Shown: positions 18,646-28,360, numbered from the stretch's first letter. The stretch is 64,000 nucleotides of DNA from a virus (IMGVR_UViG_3300032270_000270:1-64000); one strand, 5' to 3'. Notes: generated from the sequence alone by a model not told the origin. A program made the numbers and translations.

Positions 18646-19182
18646 TATCCTTTAAGGATAGACAGATGTATGATAAGAGCTCTATAAGAGCCATGATAAA
18701 ACGCATTGAGTGATTCAATGGTTATACATCTGAGTACAGAGGGATTTCTAATAGATGAAGTTCATCGCTTATGTGTTGTGAGTCACACATAAGGGTTACA
18801 GTAGATAGATTATAATGGTTATGACACAAAAGTGGTTCAAGGGCTATGAAATCCTTGCATAAAAATACATTTAATCCTACGTGGTAACTATATCTATTAT
18901 TGTTAATGTAGCTACGAATATAATGCTCTGACAAAAAGATATGTCATACGTACATTGAGTACAAGAGTATTATAATAGTGGATGAAAACGCTACAAGTAT
19001 TAGTTGAGAACCTATGCTAATACATTTTATTCACTTAAATGCAGGTATAGAGGTTAACCTGACAGTTTTATAATTTCTGTAAAAAAAGACATTTGTTGCA
19101 TATGAATACATAAGAATATACAGCTGAGGCAACATTAGGCTATATATTCGCTTTTTACACACACATATTAAATAAAAACAAC

Positions 19183-19593
19183 ATGAACGCTAAAGAAGAG
19201 TTATTAGGTAAAATGGAACAGATTACTAGATGGTTAGATGATACACAAATACGATGTGCTACTATCACTCATGAACCATATGGTTATTGGAATGATGAAG
19301 ATTATAAACCAAAGCCACATATTCTCAAACTGAGTTATACACCTGTTGAACTTGCAGAGTTCTTAAATAGTCTTGACTTTGACTATGATTCAGGTTATGG
19401 TAGTCAACAGCTGTTTGGTACAGTATGGTTTACAAATGATATTTGGATGGACAGATATGAATATGATGGCTCAGAACATTGGGACATACATAAATATCCT
19501 GCTATTCCTCATGAATTACAGAATATTCATCACATTGATGAAGAACTAACTGAATTAGACTATTGGGATGGTGATGCATCTCATTCTGAATAA
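19183..19593 (+). CDS. hypothetical acidic protein (136 aa)
   Basis: D/E/Y/W-rich. Lies in the early region. Confidence 0.45.
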   Translation: MNAKEELLGKMEQITRWLDDTQIRCATITHEPYGYWNDEDYKPKPHILKLSYTPVELAEFLNSLDFDYDSGYGSQQLFGTVWFTNDIWMDRYEYDGSEHWDIHKYPAIPHELQNIHHIDEELTELDYWDGDASHSE

Positions 19594-19679
19594 TATATAT
19601 CTCTGTTATTAGCCTTTAGCGTGCCAAAGGCGATATATATTATATAACACATTATTAATCAATCATTTAACACACATTT

Positions 19680-19901
19680 ATGAACAAATTATTTAACAGA
19701 ATTGAATGGACAGGCTGGTGCTTGTTCATTGTTTTAATTATGCCTATTGTTTTATTAACAATGGCTGAACCAACATTTGATGATGAACCACAACACAATC
19801 TTCCTAATTGGATAGCATTGAGTTGGGTGGGATTAACAATATTCAGCGTATTGCTGATTATAATAGGAAACAAATTAAACAAAACACACAAAACCAAGTA
19901 G
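19680..19901 (+). CDS. small 2-TM membrane protein, paralog 1 (MNKLFN...)
   Basis: 73 aa with two hydrophobic helices. Confidence 0.45.
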   Translation: MNKLFNRIEWTGWCLFIVLIMPIVLLTMAEPTFDDEPQHNLPNWIALSWVGLTIFSVLLIIIGNKLNKTHKTK

Positions 19902-19905
19902 TTAT

Positions 19906-20131
19906 GAATTTATTTAAACACATTGCTAATTTATTAGCACTATGGACAATACCATTTATTATTGTATTGTTCTTCATGTTGGTATCAGGATTTGCATTTA
20001 CATACAGTGATTGTGTTTCAAACACAGCATTTGTATTTGTATATTCAATCTATTACATTATGATGTTTATGATGTATGTAGCAGGTGATGAAAAAGACTT
20101 TGATTCTATTAAACTATTTAAAATCAATTAG
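19906..20131 (+). CDS. small 2-TM membrane protein, paralog 2 (MNLFKH...)
   Basis: Internal ATG of track ORF 19808..20131. Same gttATGaa start context and N-terminus as its neighbours. Confidence 0.4.
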
Positions 20132-20133
20132 TT

Positions 20134-20325
20134 ATGAAACTATTTAATTTATTTATGGCCATTATGATGACTTTAATTACGACAACTCTCATCCTATGGA
20201 TATTATATACTTTTGAAGAGAGTAATCTTGGATGGAGTATGCTTACATTTGTATCTTCTGTAGGATATATATTAGCAGCATTATTTGTTTACAATTACAA
20301 ACACAACACAAAAAAGATTGGCTAG
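20134..20325 (+). CDS. small 2-TM membrane protein, paralog 3 (MKLFNLF...)
   Basis: 63 aa, two helices, shared N-terminal motif. Confidence 0.45.
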   Translation: MKLFNLFMAIMMTLITTTLILWILYTFEESNLGWSMLTFVSSVGYILAALFVYNYKHNTKKIG

Positions 20326-20410
20326 TTGGTAATATGTGTGTTAGATAATAGGACTCTGCTTCCCCTAGCAGGGTCCTTATTTACACCTCTAGCTGCAAAA
20401 ACAAACAATT

Positions 20411-20986
20411 ATGTTTATATTAGCAAAACTTATATTTAAATCATATATGCCCAAGCGATTGGAAGTAGGTATGTGGTTTAAGAAAGATCACAGTGATGTG
20501 GTCTATGGTAAGATATATAATTATATCACCATATATGAATTAAAAGAAATACCATATGACATGTATCATTATATGTCTATTAGTGGTGCACCTGTTGAGC
20601 CATACATTATTCAACCAATGAACAATCCTGATGATGTAGAAGAAATACTTGTACGTCCTGAATATATAGGTTGGTGGGAAGATAACCTTGCTGAAGAGAA
20701 TGAAGATGGTACATGGACAGATCACACTACATTGGAAGACATTAGTCCTAAAATCATCAACACTTGGTTATATGGTGAGAATGGTGATAATGATGGTCTC
20801 ATAGCCCTTGAGGTAGATGATGAGACTAGAGAGCCATTGTTATATGAAGACACCAATAAGGTGATGATTAAACAAGCTGACTTTGTAGATGAAGATGAAG
20901 ATGGTTCTATGGATATAGAAGATGAAGAACCTTGGGACGATATGGATGACATCACTCAATACGATACAGATCATGAAACAGAATAA
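20411..20986 (+). CDS. hypothetical highly acidic protein (191 aa)
   Basis: C-terminal DEDEDGSMDIEDEEPWDDMDDITQYDTDHETE. Possible DNA-mimic-like early protein; this is inference. Confidence 0.45.
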   Translation: MFILAKLIFKSYMPKRLEVGMWFKKDHSDVVYGKIYNYITIYELKEIPYDMYHYMSISGAPVEPYIIQPMNNPDDVEEILVRPEYIGWWEDNLAEENEDGTWTDHTTLEDISPKIINTWLYGENGDNDGLIALEVDDETREPLLYEDTNKVMIKQADFVDEDEDGSMDIEDEEPWDDMDDITQYDTDHETE

Positions 20987-21170
20987 TAAACCCTTTAAAA
21001 CCAAAGAGATGAAGAAGTTATATGAAATTTTATTTGAAGATAAAAAGCTTGAACAACAACCATTAAAGCTTGAGATAAAGCTTATGTCTACTGCTACACC
21101 TGATGAGCAATTAGATGAAAATGAATGGTATAAATTGATTTATGATTTAAATAATAAGAGATTAGGTTAG

Positions 21171-21503
21171 ATGTGTGTGTGGTTAGTAAACGAGAAAGCC
21201 CTGCAGAAATGTGGGGCTTTTCTTAAACCCATTATTATGAGAAGAAAAATAAAGAGTGGTATAATATATAGCACTATACTTAAACCAGGCCAGAGAGCCA
21301 CAGATAAAAGATATAAAGATGGAGTGGATACAGGTAGATTTAGTTCCAACAAAGTACCATTACCACTTAAACCAATTAGTCCTATTTCAAAAAAGATAGC
21401 AGAGATGTTAGATAGTATACCTAATTGGGTTAATGATATACCAAAGCAGGTGATTAGACAGCAAGAAGCTAGTAGACATTTTAAAAACAAAAACAAAAAA
21501 TAA
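21171..21503 (+). CDS. hypothetical basic protein (110 aa)
   Basis: ORF only. Confidence 0.3.
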   Translation: MCVWLVNEKALQKCGAFLKPIIMRRKIKSGIIYSTILKPGQRATDKRYKDGVDTGRFSSNKVPLPLKPISPISKKIAEMLDSIPNWVNDIPKQVIRQQEASRHFKNKNKK

Positions 21504-21507
21504 GCAC

Positions 21508-21795
21508 ATGAAAAACATGAAAATGTACTCTAAAACAGAGTTAATGGTAATGCAAGAAATGGCTAAAAAGCCTATTTCAACAACTAAATTAGCTAAAAGA
21601 CTAGCTAAAGAGTTCAACAGAACATATGGTGGGGTGTATGCTAAACTATTAATTATGCGTAAGCAGATAAAAGTGGAGCCTGTTATCACCAACACTGTGC
21701 GTACTAAAACAGTAGTGGAAGGTAAGAAACACACTATTAGTAGCAGACCAACCAAGATAGAGATTTCTGATCAAGGTATGACATTCTATTTCTAA
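21508..21795 (+). CDS. hypothetical protein (95 aa), possibly DNA-binding
   Basis: ISTTKLAKRLAKEFNRTYG reads as helix-turn-helix-like. Weak. Confidence 0.3.
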   Translation: MKNMKMYSKTELMVMQEMAKKPISTTKLAKRLAKEFNRTYGGVYAKLLIMRKQIKVEPVITNTVRTKTVVEGKKHTISSRPTKIEISDQGMTFYF

Positions 21796-21813
21796 CTAAT
21801 AAACTAACACATC

Positions 21814-22062
21814 ATGTCTTACAGTCTAGTCTACAGTGCAAAACCACATTGCACACATACAATCCAGGTTTACGAACCAAACCAACAAGATTCTCCTTAT
21901 GTTAGGGGACTTAGAGCGTGCTCTAAACTAATAGATGCTATATTTGCTTCCAAAGCAAACTATACACCATCTAAACGTTTACACATTAAAGGACGCAAAT
22001 ATATGTACATCAGTTCTGACACATATCAGTTACTAATCAGAGTAAAAAACTTTGACAAATGA
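21814..22062 (+). CDS. hypothetical protein (82 aa)
   Basis: ORF only. Confidence 0.3.
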   Translation: MSYSLVYSAKPHCTHTIQVYEPNQQDSPYVRGLRACSKLIDAIFASKANYTPSKRLHIKGRKYMYISSDTYQLLIRVKNFDK

Positions 22063-22176
22063 TATATTTAGTTATATTTGTGTTACTATCAATCTTTGTA
22101 TGGATGTCCTATGAAATTCATAGGGCTCCATTCATGGATAGAGATGGTAACATAATTAAAAAGAAAAAACAACAAC

Positions 22177-22446
22177 ATGGCAACAAGTAAAATTCCAAAG
22201 GTAAAAGATTTAAGTGGGTATTTCTTTATGAGTATAGAGGGTAACACTGTAGATATAATTTATCATGATAACACAGACAATGGTTTAGCAATTGGTGCTG
22301 CATTTGCAAGTGCATTAGAAAAAGATAAAAAGCTATTTAACATATTAAGTGCTGGATTTATTACAGTTCTTGATGCAAAAGAGAAATATAGTTCTAAAAC
22401 AGCTAAAAAAGTGGCTAAGAAAGCAGCATCTAAACCTAAGAAATAA
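22177..22446 (+). CDS. hypothetical protein with a histone-H1-like basic tail
   Basis: C-terminus KTAKKVAKKAASKPKK. Confidence 0.4.
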   Translation: MATSKIPKVKDLSGYFFMSIEGNTVDIIYHDNTDNGLAIGAAFASALEKDKKLFNILSAGFITVLDAKEKYSSKTAKKVAKKAASKPKK

Positions 22447-22463
22447 ATATTAGATTTGGTAAT

Positions 22464-23069
22464 GTGAAATATATTTCTTATATTTGTAGCATGAATCAAT
22501 ATTTAATATATGGACTTAGATGTCCAAAGACAGATGACTACAGATATATAGGTAAGAGTAGTTCAGGAATGCAAAGAGCCAAAGCTCATTTAACGTATTC
22601 ACACAATGAATCAGTAAATCATTGGGTGGCTGAGTTAAGAGAGCAGGGCTTTTGTCCTTTAATAGATGTACTTGAAGAGTGTTTAGAAGAAGATTTGCAG
22701 ATAAAAGAGCATTTCTGGATACAATACTATACAGCTAGAGGATGTAAACTCATGAATTCTATATTCTACAGAGGTGCAGCAATAGAAAAACTTGAAAAAA
22801 ATATTGCTGATGCTCATAAAGAACTAGATGCAACATTAAATAGAGTCATTGACACTATTAATGAACTACATACTATCAATGGCTTTATTAAACACATGAG
22901 AAAGACAAGAGGCTTAAAACAGCAAGATTTATCAGAGATGGCTGGTATTACATCAAGAACATTAACTGATATTGAGCTAGGAAAAGGCAATCCTTCTTAT
23001 GCTACTATTAAAAAACTATTAGATATATTAGGATATAAATTAGTTCCAACATTAAAAAACTTAGTATAA
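22464..23069 (+). CDS. GIY-YIG endonuclease fused to a C-terminal XRE-type HTH
   Basis: YLIYGL...YRYIGKS...R...H...E.FW..YY..RG. C-terminus LKQQDLSEMAGITSRTLTDIELGKGNPSYATIKKL. Confidence 0.65.
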   Translation: MKYISYICSMNQYLIYGLRCPKTDDYRYIGKSSSGMQRAKAHLTYSHNESVNHWVAELREQGFCPLIDVLEECLEEDLQIKEHFWIQYYTARGCKLMNSIFYRGAAIEKLEKNIADAHKELDATLNRVIDTINELHTINGFIKHMRKTRGLKQQDLSEMAGITSRTLTDIELGKGNPSYATIKKLLDILGYKLVPTLKNLV

Positions 23070-23274
23070 ATACTTAATAATACTTTACTGTATTTGAGTA
23101 ATTTTGTACCAAAACAAATAACAATGAACAATTACGATAAGTCTTATGGAGACATTAATAACCATAAAGAACAAGATGATAAGGATAGTACATCCATTGA
23201 TGTAATTATTTTATTAATAATAATTACATCAGGCATTTTAATATGGGCAATCAGTTAACCAAAACAAATAACAT

Positions 23275-23493
23275 ATGAAACTTTACACAGAACAACAAGT
23301 AAATAAAATTGCTTTACAATCAAAAGATTGGGGAAACTATGATAATTCAATTACACCAATTGAAATATCAGATAATGAAAACATATACACAGAACAAGAA
23401 ATAAAAGAAACATTAAAAAGAATGGGGCTTGATTTGTTAGTAAATGAATTTTTAAAAAAAGCTGAACCAATAGAATTTAACCAAAACAAATAA
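23275..23493 (+). CDS. hypothetical small protein (72 aa)
   Basis: Preceded by the AAAACAAATAAC junction motif; ends ...NQNK. Confidence 0.35.
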   Translation: MKLYTEQQVNKIALQSKDWGNYDNSITPIEISDNENIYTEQEIKETLKRMGLDLLVNEFLKKAEPIEFNQNK

Positions 23494-23494
23494 T

Positions 23495-23716
23495 ATGAAA
23501 ACAGAATTAAATGTATTTCCAAGCTATACACTTATTACAACTGAAAACAATAATGAAGATTGTAAATGTTATGTAGTTGTATCTTGTAGCATAAATGAAG
23601 GATATTATTTTAATAATTCTTATGTCTTTAAAAACAGAATGGATGCTGAAAAGTATATTGAACAATTAGACAGTGAAGATACTTTTGATATAGTAGAATT
23701 AAACTTTATTGATTAA
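23495..23716 (+). CDS. hypothetical small protein (73 aa)
   Basis: Junction motif upstream. Confidence 0.35.
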   Translation: MKTELNVFPSYTLITTENNNEDCKCYVVVSCSINEGYYFNNSYVFKNRMDAEKYIEQLDSEDTFDIVELNFID

Positions 23717-23976
23717 AAACAAATAATATGAAAACAGTTATATTTTTAATACTTGCATATACTGGTGGTATATTAAGTGAGAAATTAAGAAAATACGCAG
23801 CTAAGAAATCAGTAAAAAAGAAATAAACTTCTAATTTAGTGCATTAAATTACACATTATGAATGAATATTTTAGTTATTATGAGAGCTTACACAAGCTTC
23901 CCAAGTCTAAGCAGAGATATTATCTATTAGACATGATCAAATGGTGCATCAAAGAATACATTAAAACATATAAGAA

Positions 23977-24240
23977 ATGAGTAAACATCATAAAACGCTC
24001 AGATTAGAAGCTGATTACAGATTTGAAGAATCAAAACAATGGATTACTCATTCAAAAACCAAATATTGTAAATGGATTTGGACTGATGGATATCTTTCTG
24101 GTGCAGAAGAGAATCAATTAAAAGTTCCAAATAGGAAAGCTATTGTTAAAGCTGCATCTGAAAAATATGATAGCGTTACACAAATAGAAGCATTTAAACT
24201 TGGTGCTGAATGGGCTAAAAAAGTATATAAAAACTCTTAA
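23977..24240 (+). CDS. hypothetical protein (87 aa)
   Basis: ORF only. Confidence 0.35.
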   Translation: MSKHHKTLRLEADYRFEESKQWITHSKTKYCKWIWTDGYLSGAEENQLKVPNRKAIVKAASEKYDSVTQIEAFKLGAEWAKKVYKNS

Positions 24241-24243
24241 ACA

Positions 24244-24450
24244 ATGGAGACATACATATCAGAAATAGACATAATGATAGCTATTAAAAAACATAGAGAT
24301 ACATTATCATATGATGATAAGTTTGATTTTGAAATAGAAACTAGTAAGTTAAACCTTACTGATAAAACAAGAGACAAACTTAATGGTAAACAGTCTGCAT
24401 TAGAATTTAGATTGAAGAAATATGGTATTCATAAAGATAAAAACAAATAA
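24244..24450 (+). CDS. hypothetical protein (68 aa)
   Basis: ORF only; ends ...KDKNK followed by the junction motif. Confidence 0.35.
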   Translation: METYISEIDIMIAIKKHRDTLSYDDKFDFEIETSKLNLTDKTRDKLNGKQSALEFRLKKYGIHKDKNK

Positions 24451-24452
24451 CA

Positions 24453-24830
24453 ATGAACAAAGAATTTATCCCTTACGAACAATCATTAGAACTTAAAGAA
24501 TTAGGTTTTTATGAAGATGTATTTGCTGTGTATGAAATTATTGATGAATACACTCAAAAGTTTTTATTTGAATATAAAAATAAAGACAATATATTTTCAT
24601 ATCAAATTTCAGCACCACTATATCAACAAGCATTTAGATGGTTTAGAGAGAAGTATGGGATTATGTATACAGTACATAATAATATTGAAAATTGGAAAAA
24701 CACCTTTCATGGTGCTTATTCAAAAATAAACTCTAATTACGAATCAGATTATACAGATGATTTTAAAACCTACGAAGAAGCAGAACTTGCTTGTCTTAAG
24801 AAATTAATTGAAATAGTTAAAAACAAATAA
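24453..24830 (+). CDS. hypothetical protein (125 aa)
   Basis: Junction motif upstream and downstream. Confidence 0.4.
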   Translation: MNKEFIPYEQSLELKELGFYEDVFAVYEIIDEYTQKFLFEYKNKDNIFSYQISAPLYQQAFRWFREKYGIMYTVHNNIENWKNTFHGAYSKINSNYESDYTDDFKTYEEAELACLKKLIEIVKNK

Positions 24831-24833
24831 CCT

Positions 24834-25064
24834 ATGAAAAAGAAAACACCAGCTCACTTAGTTAAAGAACTATCAACACCTAAAGAGAAACAATACGTTG
24901 TATTATGCGAGGGTGATTTATGGGTAGTGGGTACAAGACAAGATATAATGAATGATTTTAATGGAGACCCTGATGCATATATGAGTGAGAACAATGATGT
25001 TAAAATATATGAGCTTGGTGAGCAGGTACCATTTACATTTGTTGAACCAAAGTTAACATTTTAA
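24834..25064 (+). CDS. hypothetical protein (76 aa)
   Basis: Directly upstream of the DNA polymerase. Confidence 0.35.
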   Translation: MKKKTPAHLVKELSTPKEKQYVVLCEGDLWVVGTRQDIMNDFNGDPDAYMSENNDVKIYELGEQVPFTFVEPKLTF

Positions 25065-25066
25065 TT

Positions 25067-27019
25067 ATGAATGTACTCATCTATGATATTGAAACACTGA
25101 AAGAACTGTTTCTTATTGTTATATACAATCCAGAGAGTGATGTAACATATGAGTTTCAGGTGAGTAGGTGGACCAATCAATTAGATGGATTCATGAGATT
25201 CACTGAACAACACGATGAGCATTATTGGGTGGGCTACAATAACTTACGCTTTGATAGTCAGGTTGTTGAGCATATAATTAGAAACTATGAGGATTGGCAT
25301 GAGTTGAGTGGACTAGAAATATGTGCTATCATAGCACAGAAAGCTGCAGACACAATACATGATGCTAATTATGATGTATTCCCTGAATATAGAGAGGAAT
25401 GGTTATCACTAAAACAGTTAGACCTATTCAAGATTAATCATTATGATAATAAGAATAGAATGGTCTCTTTGAAAAGGTTAGAGTTTGAGATGGATCTGGA
25501 GAACATTGAAGAGATGCCCATCCATCATACTAAAGAGAACATGACTCAGGATGACATATCTATAACAATAGACTACTGTCGTAATGATGTTATGGCTACG
25601 TATGAATTCTATAAGGTAACAACAGGTAACACTAACCATCCACTATACAAGGGTAACAATCAGATAGAGCTTAGACAAGATATATACGAAGAGTTTGGCA
25701 TACCATGCTTAAACTATTCAGATAGTAAGATAGGTGATGAGATGATTAAGAAATACTATTGCCAAGAGAAAGGTATACAATACTCTGATTTACCAAAGAA
25801 AGGATTATTTAGAACAGAGGTAAAGGTGAGAGATTGTATTGCTGATTACATATCATTCCAGACACCAGAGCTACAAGCATTCTTAAAGAAGGTTAGTAAG
25901 GAGCGTTTAACAATGAAGGATGAATTCAAAGAATCATTAGTGTTTTATGAAAATACCTACACGTTTGCAAAGGGAGGTCTTCATACAGAGAATAAACCAA
26001 AGGTTTTCGAATGTGATGAGGATCATGAGATTATTGATTGGGATGTGTCTAGCTATTATCCTGCTATTATTATTAGCAATGGCAGATATCCTGGTCACCT
26101 GGGTAAGGAGTTCTTACTTGGATATAAAGCAATGTTTGAAAAAAGGTTGGAACTTAAACCAATGGCTAAGAAAGATAAAAAGATAGCAGGTATTGTTGGT
26201 GCTCTTAAACTTGCAGTTAACTCTGTGTATGGTAAAAGCAGTGATATGCAGTCTTGGATCTATGATAGACAGCTCACTATGTTCACAACTATTACAGGTG
26301 AATTGAGTCTTCTTATGCTCATCGAAGCATATGAATTAGCTGATATACACGTTATATCTGCAAATACAGATGGTGTTACTATTATGGTTAATAAATCATT
26401 AATAGATAAGATGCATGAGATAAACAAGTGGTGGATGAATATAACTAGCTATGAGCTAGAGCGTACAGATTATGCTAAGATTATATTCTCTACAGTAAAT
26501 GACTATTTAGCAATTAAAACCAATGGAGAAATTAAAAAGAAAGGAGATTTCCTTACTGACTTTGAGCTGCACAAAAATAAGAGTGCTAGGATTGTACCTA
26601 TTGCACTGGAGCAGTTTTTTGTTAATGATGTGCCTGTGGCTACCACTATTTGTAATCACACAAATATTTATGACTATTGTCTCAGGCAGAAAGCTAGTAA
26701 AGACTTTCACTATGAAGGACACTCGAAAGAAAACAGAACAGTCTACAATAAACTTATCAGATATTATGTAAGTAATACAGGAGAGAAGTTATTGAAGGTT
26801 AAGAATGAGAATTCAGATAGCACAGCTGTTGATGTATCACAAGTTGAAGCAGGTGAATGGGTGATGAAAGTATGTAATCATCTATTGCCAGATCATCCTC
26901 TGGATAACATCAATCATGCATATTATATAGAACGTGCTGAGAGAATCATGCACAAAATACAGTATGAAGGTAGAAAGCGTAAAATTATTATTAACCCCAA
27001 GCAAATGACATTATTCTAA
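25067..27019 (+). CDS. family B DNA polymerase (compact, 650 aa) with 3'-5' exonuclease
   Basis: Exo I YDIETL. Exo II GYNNLRFDSQ. Exo III YCRNDV. Pol motif A DVSSYYPA. Motif B KLAVNSVYGKS. Motif C ISANTDGV (an NTDG variant of DTDS). Confidence 0.8.
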   Translation: MNVLIYDIETLKELFLIVIYNPESDVTYEFQVSRWTNQLDGFMRFTEQHDEHYWVGYNNLRFDSQVVEHIIRNYEDWHELSGLEICAIIAQKAADTIHDANYDVFPEYREEWLSLKQLDLFKINHYDNKNRMVSLKRLEFEMDLENIEEMPIHHTKENMTQDDISITIDYCRNDVMATYEFYKVTTGNTNHPLYKGNNQIELRQDIYEEFGIPCLNYSDSKIGDEMIKKYYCQEKGIQYSDLPKKGLFRTEVKVRDCIADYISFQTPELQAFLKKVSKERLTMKDEFKESLVFYENTYTFAKGGLHTENKPKVFECDEDHEIIDWDVSSYYPAIIISNGRYPGHLGKEFLLGYKAMFEKRLELKPMAKKDKKIAGIVGALKLAVNSVYGKSSDMQSWIYDRQLTMFTTITGELSLLMLIEAYELADIHVISANTDGVTIMVNKSLIDKMHEINKWWMNITSYELERTDYAKIIFSTVNDYLAIKTNGEIKKKGDFLTDFELHKNKSARIVPIALEQFFVNDVPVATTICNHTNIYDYCLRQKASKDFHYEGHSKENRTVYNKLIRYYVSNTGEKLLKVKNENSDSTAVDVSQVEAGEWVMKVCNHLLPDHPLDNINHAYYIERAERIMHKIQYEGRKRKIIINPKQMTLF

Positions 27020-27219
27020 TGACACAACTAGAAGCAAAATAACATGGGTAAATCACAGTTTAAAACAGCAGCAGATCTTGTTATAGATCATTGCATACAA
27101 GAGGGATATAGATTTCCTAGGGAATCAGAATACTATTGGGCTTATAGAAAGTTTTTTGAAGCTATTGATAGTAATTTTGACATAGATAAATTTGATAATT
27201 ACATATTAAAACGTATATA

Positions 27220-27429
27220 ATGGACAACAAACATAAAGCAGCAGAATTAGTAATGGCTTTCCTACCAATTGTAGGACAAGATCCATATACAGGTATAGAT
27301 GTAGCTAAAAAGTGTGCTAAAGCAGCTGCAAAACTATTAATGAAAACAGAAGAAGAAATGGATTGTGGGGAGATTAATGGTAATACTTATGACTGGGATG
27401 AAGTAATTAAACTTATAGATACATTCTAA
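27220..27429 (+). CDS. hypothetical protein (69 aa)
   Basis: ORF only. Confidence 0.3.
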   Translation: MDNKHKAAELVMAFLPIVGQDPYTGIDVAKKCAKAAAKLLMKTEEEMDCGEINGNTYDWDEVIKLIDTF

Positions 27430-27499
27430 TGGCAAAGATAAATCGCGAGATAAATTTGGTAGTATCAATTATTCTGTTTATCTTTGCCAAAAATATATT

Positions 27500-28108
27500 A
27501 TGACAGAAATTTGGAAAGATATACCTGAATATGAAGGATTATATCAAATTAGTAACTTAGGTAATGTTAAATCACAACATTTTAATAGAATGAGTGGACA
27601 AAAGCCAGGAAAACTATTAAAGATAGAATTAATGAAAAATGGTTATTTATCTATACAACTTAGAATGGGTGATACTAATAAAAGACATCTTATGCATAGA
27701 TTAATTGCAGAGTCATTTATATCAAATCCTGATAATAAACCAGTAATTAATCATATTAATGGTATCAAAAATGATAACAGAATTGAGAATCTAGAATGGT
27801 GTACTCAATCTGAAAATGTTAGACATGCTATTGATACAGGATTAAGAGGAACATCTTTTGGACCACCTAAGGGAACTAAACCTTGGAACACAGATAAACT
27901 ATTATCTGAAGAACATAAGGCTAAATTAAGCAAAGCTAAATTAGGTAAACCTTCATTGAAAAAAAGAAAAGTAATAGACATATCTACTGGTGTTATTTAT
28001 GATGGTATACAAGAAGCTGCAGATGCTTTTGGTGTAAAATATAATAACATGTGTGCTAAATTGTATAAGAAAAACAAAATAAATTTAAAATTTTATGAGC
28101 CGCATTAA
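27500..28108 (+). CDS. HNH homing endonuclease (NUMOD4 + HNH_3 type)
   Basis: EGLYQISNLGNV...INHINGIKNDNRIENLEW...SENVRHA, then a KLSKAKLGK repeat. Confidence 0.65.
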   Translation: MTEIWKDIPEYEGLYQISNLGNVKSQHFNRMSGQKPGKLLKIELMKNGYLSIQLRMGDTNKRHLMHRLIAESFISNPDNKPVINHINGIKNDNRIENLEWCTQSENVRHAIDTGLRGTSFGPPKGTKPWNTDKLLSEEHKAKLSKAKLGKPSLKKRKVIDISTGVIYDGIQEAADAFGVKYNNMCAKLYKKNKINLKFYEPH

Positions 28109-28349
28109 TCGTGAGAATATTGGTAATCATTTAGTTGATTATCAATTAGGTATGGTTGGTAAGTCTATGCAAGAAGCATATATGACAAAAGAGTGGTACA
28201 GCAAATGGACTATGACACAAGAACAACATGAAGTGTTCAAAGCATATGCTATACCATTAATGAAAAAGGTATTTAAAATAAACAAAGCAAGGGCTGAAGC
28301 AAACTTTCAATGGTTTGATTTAGAATTTGGATTACGTATTAAAGATTAA
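28095..28349 (+). CDS. hypothetical protein (84 aa)
   Basis: ORF only. Confidence 0.3.
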   Translation: MSRINRENIGNHLVDYQLGMVGKSMQEAYMTKEWYSKWTMTQEQHEVFKAYAIPLMKKVFKINKARAEANFQWFDLEFGLRIKD

Positions 28350-28360
28350 AACACACAATT

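Noticed and set aside
18722-18934. 70-aa minus-strand ORF in the 18650-19180 gap
   Set aside because: It is in opposite orientation to all neighbours, has no plausible start context, spans a perfect hairpin, and has odd composition. The gap is more likely non-coding.
16284-19180. tRNA genes or CRISPR arrays in the non-coding gaps
   Set aside because: No cloverleaf-compatible GTTC-type T-arm with matching acceptor stems, and no regularly spaced direct repeats, were found by eye. tRNAscan-SE would be decisive.
25067-27019. Protein-primed (phi29/PRD1-like) replication suggested by the small family-B polymerase
   Set aside because: No terminal-protein-like gene lies next to the polymerase, and the window encodes a DnaB-like helicase, a DnaG-like primase and an SSB, which are consistent with RNA-primed replication. 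The idea is kept only as a low-probability alternative.
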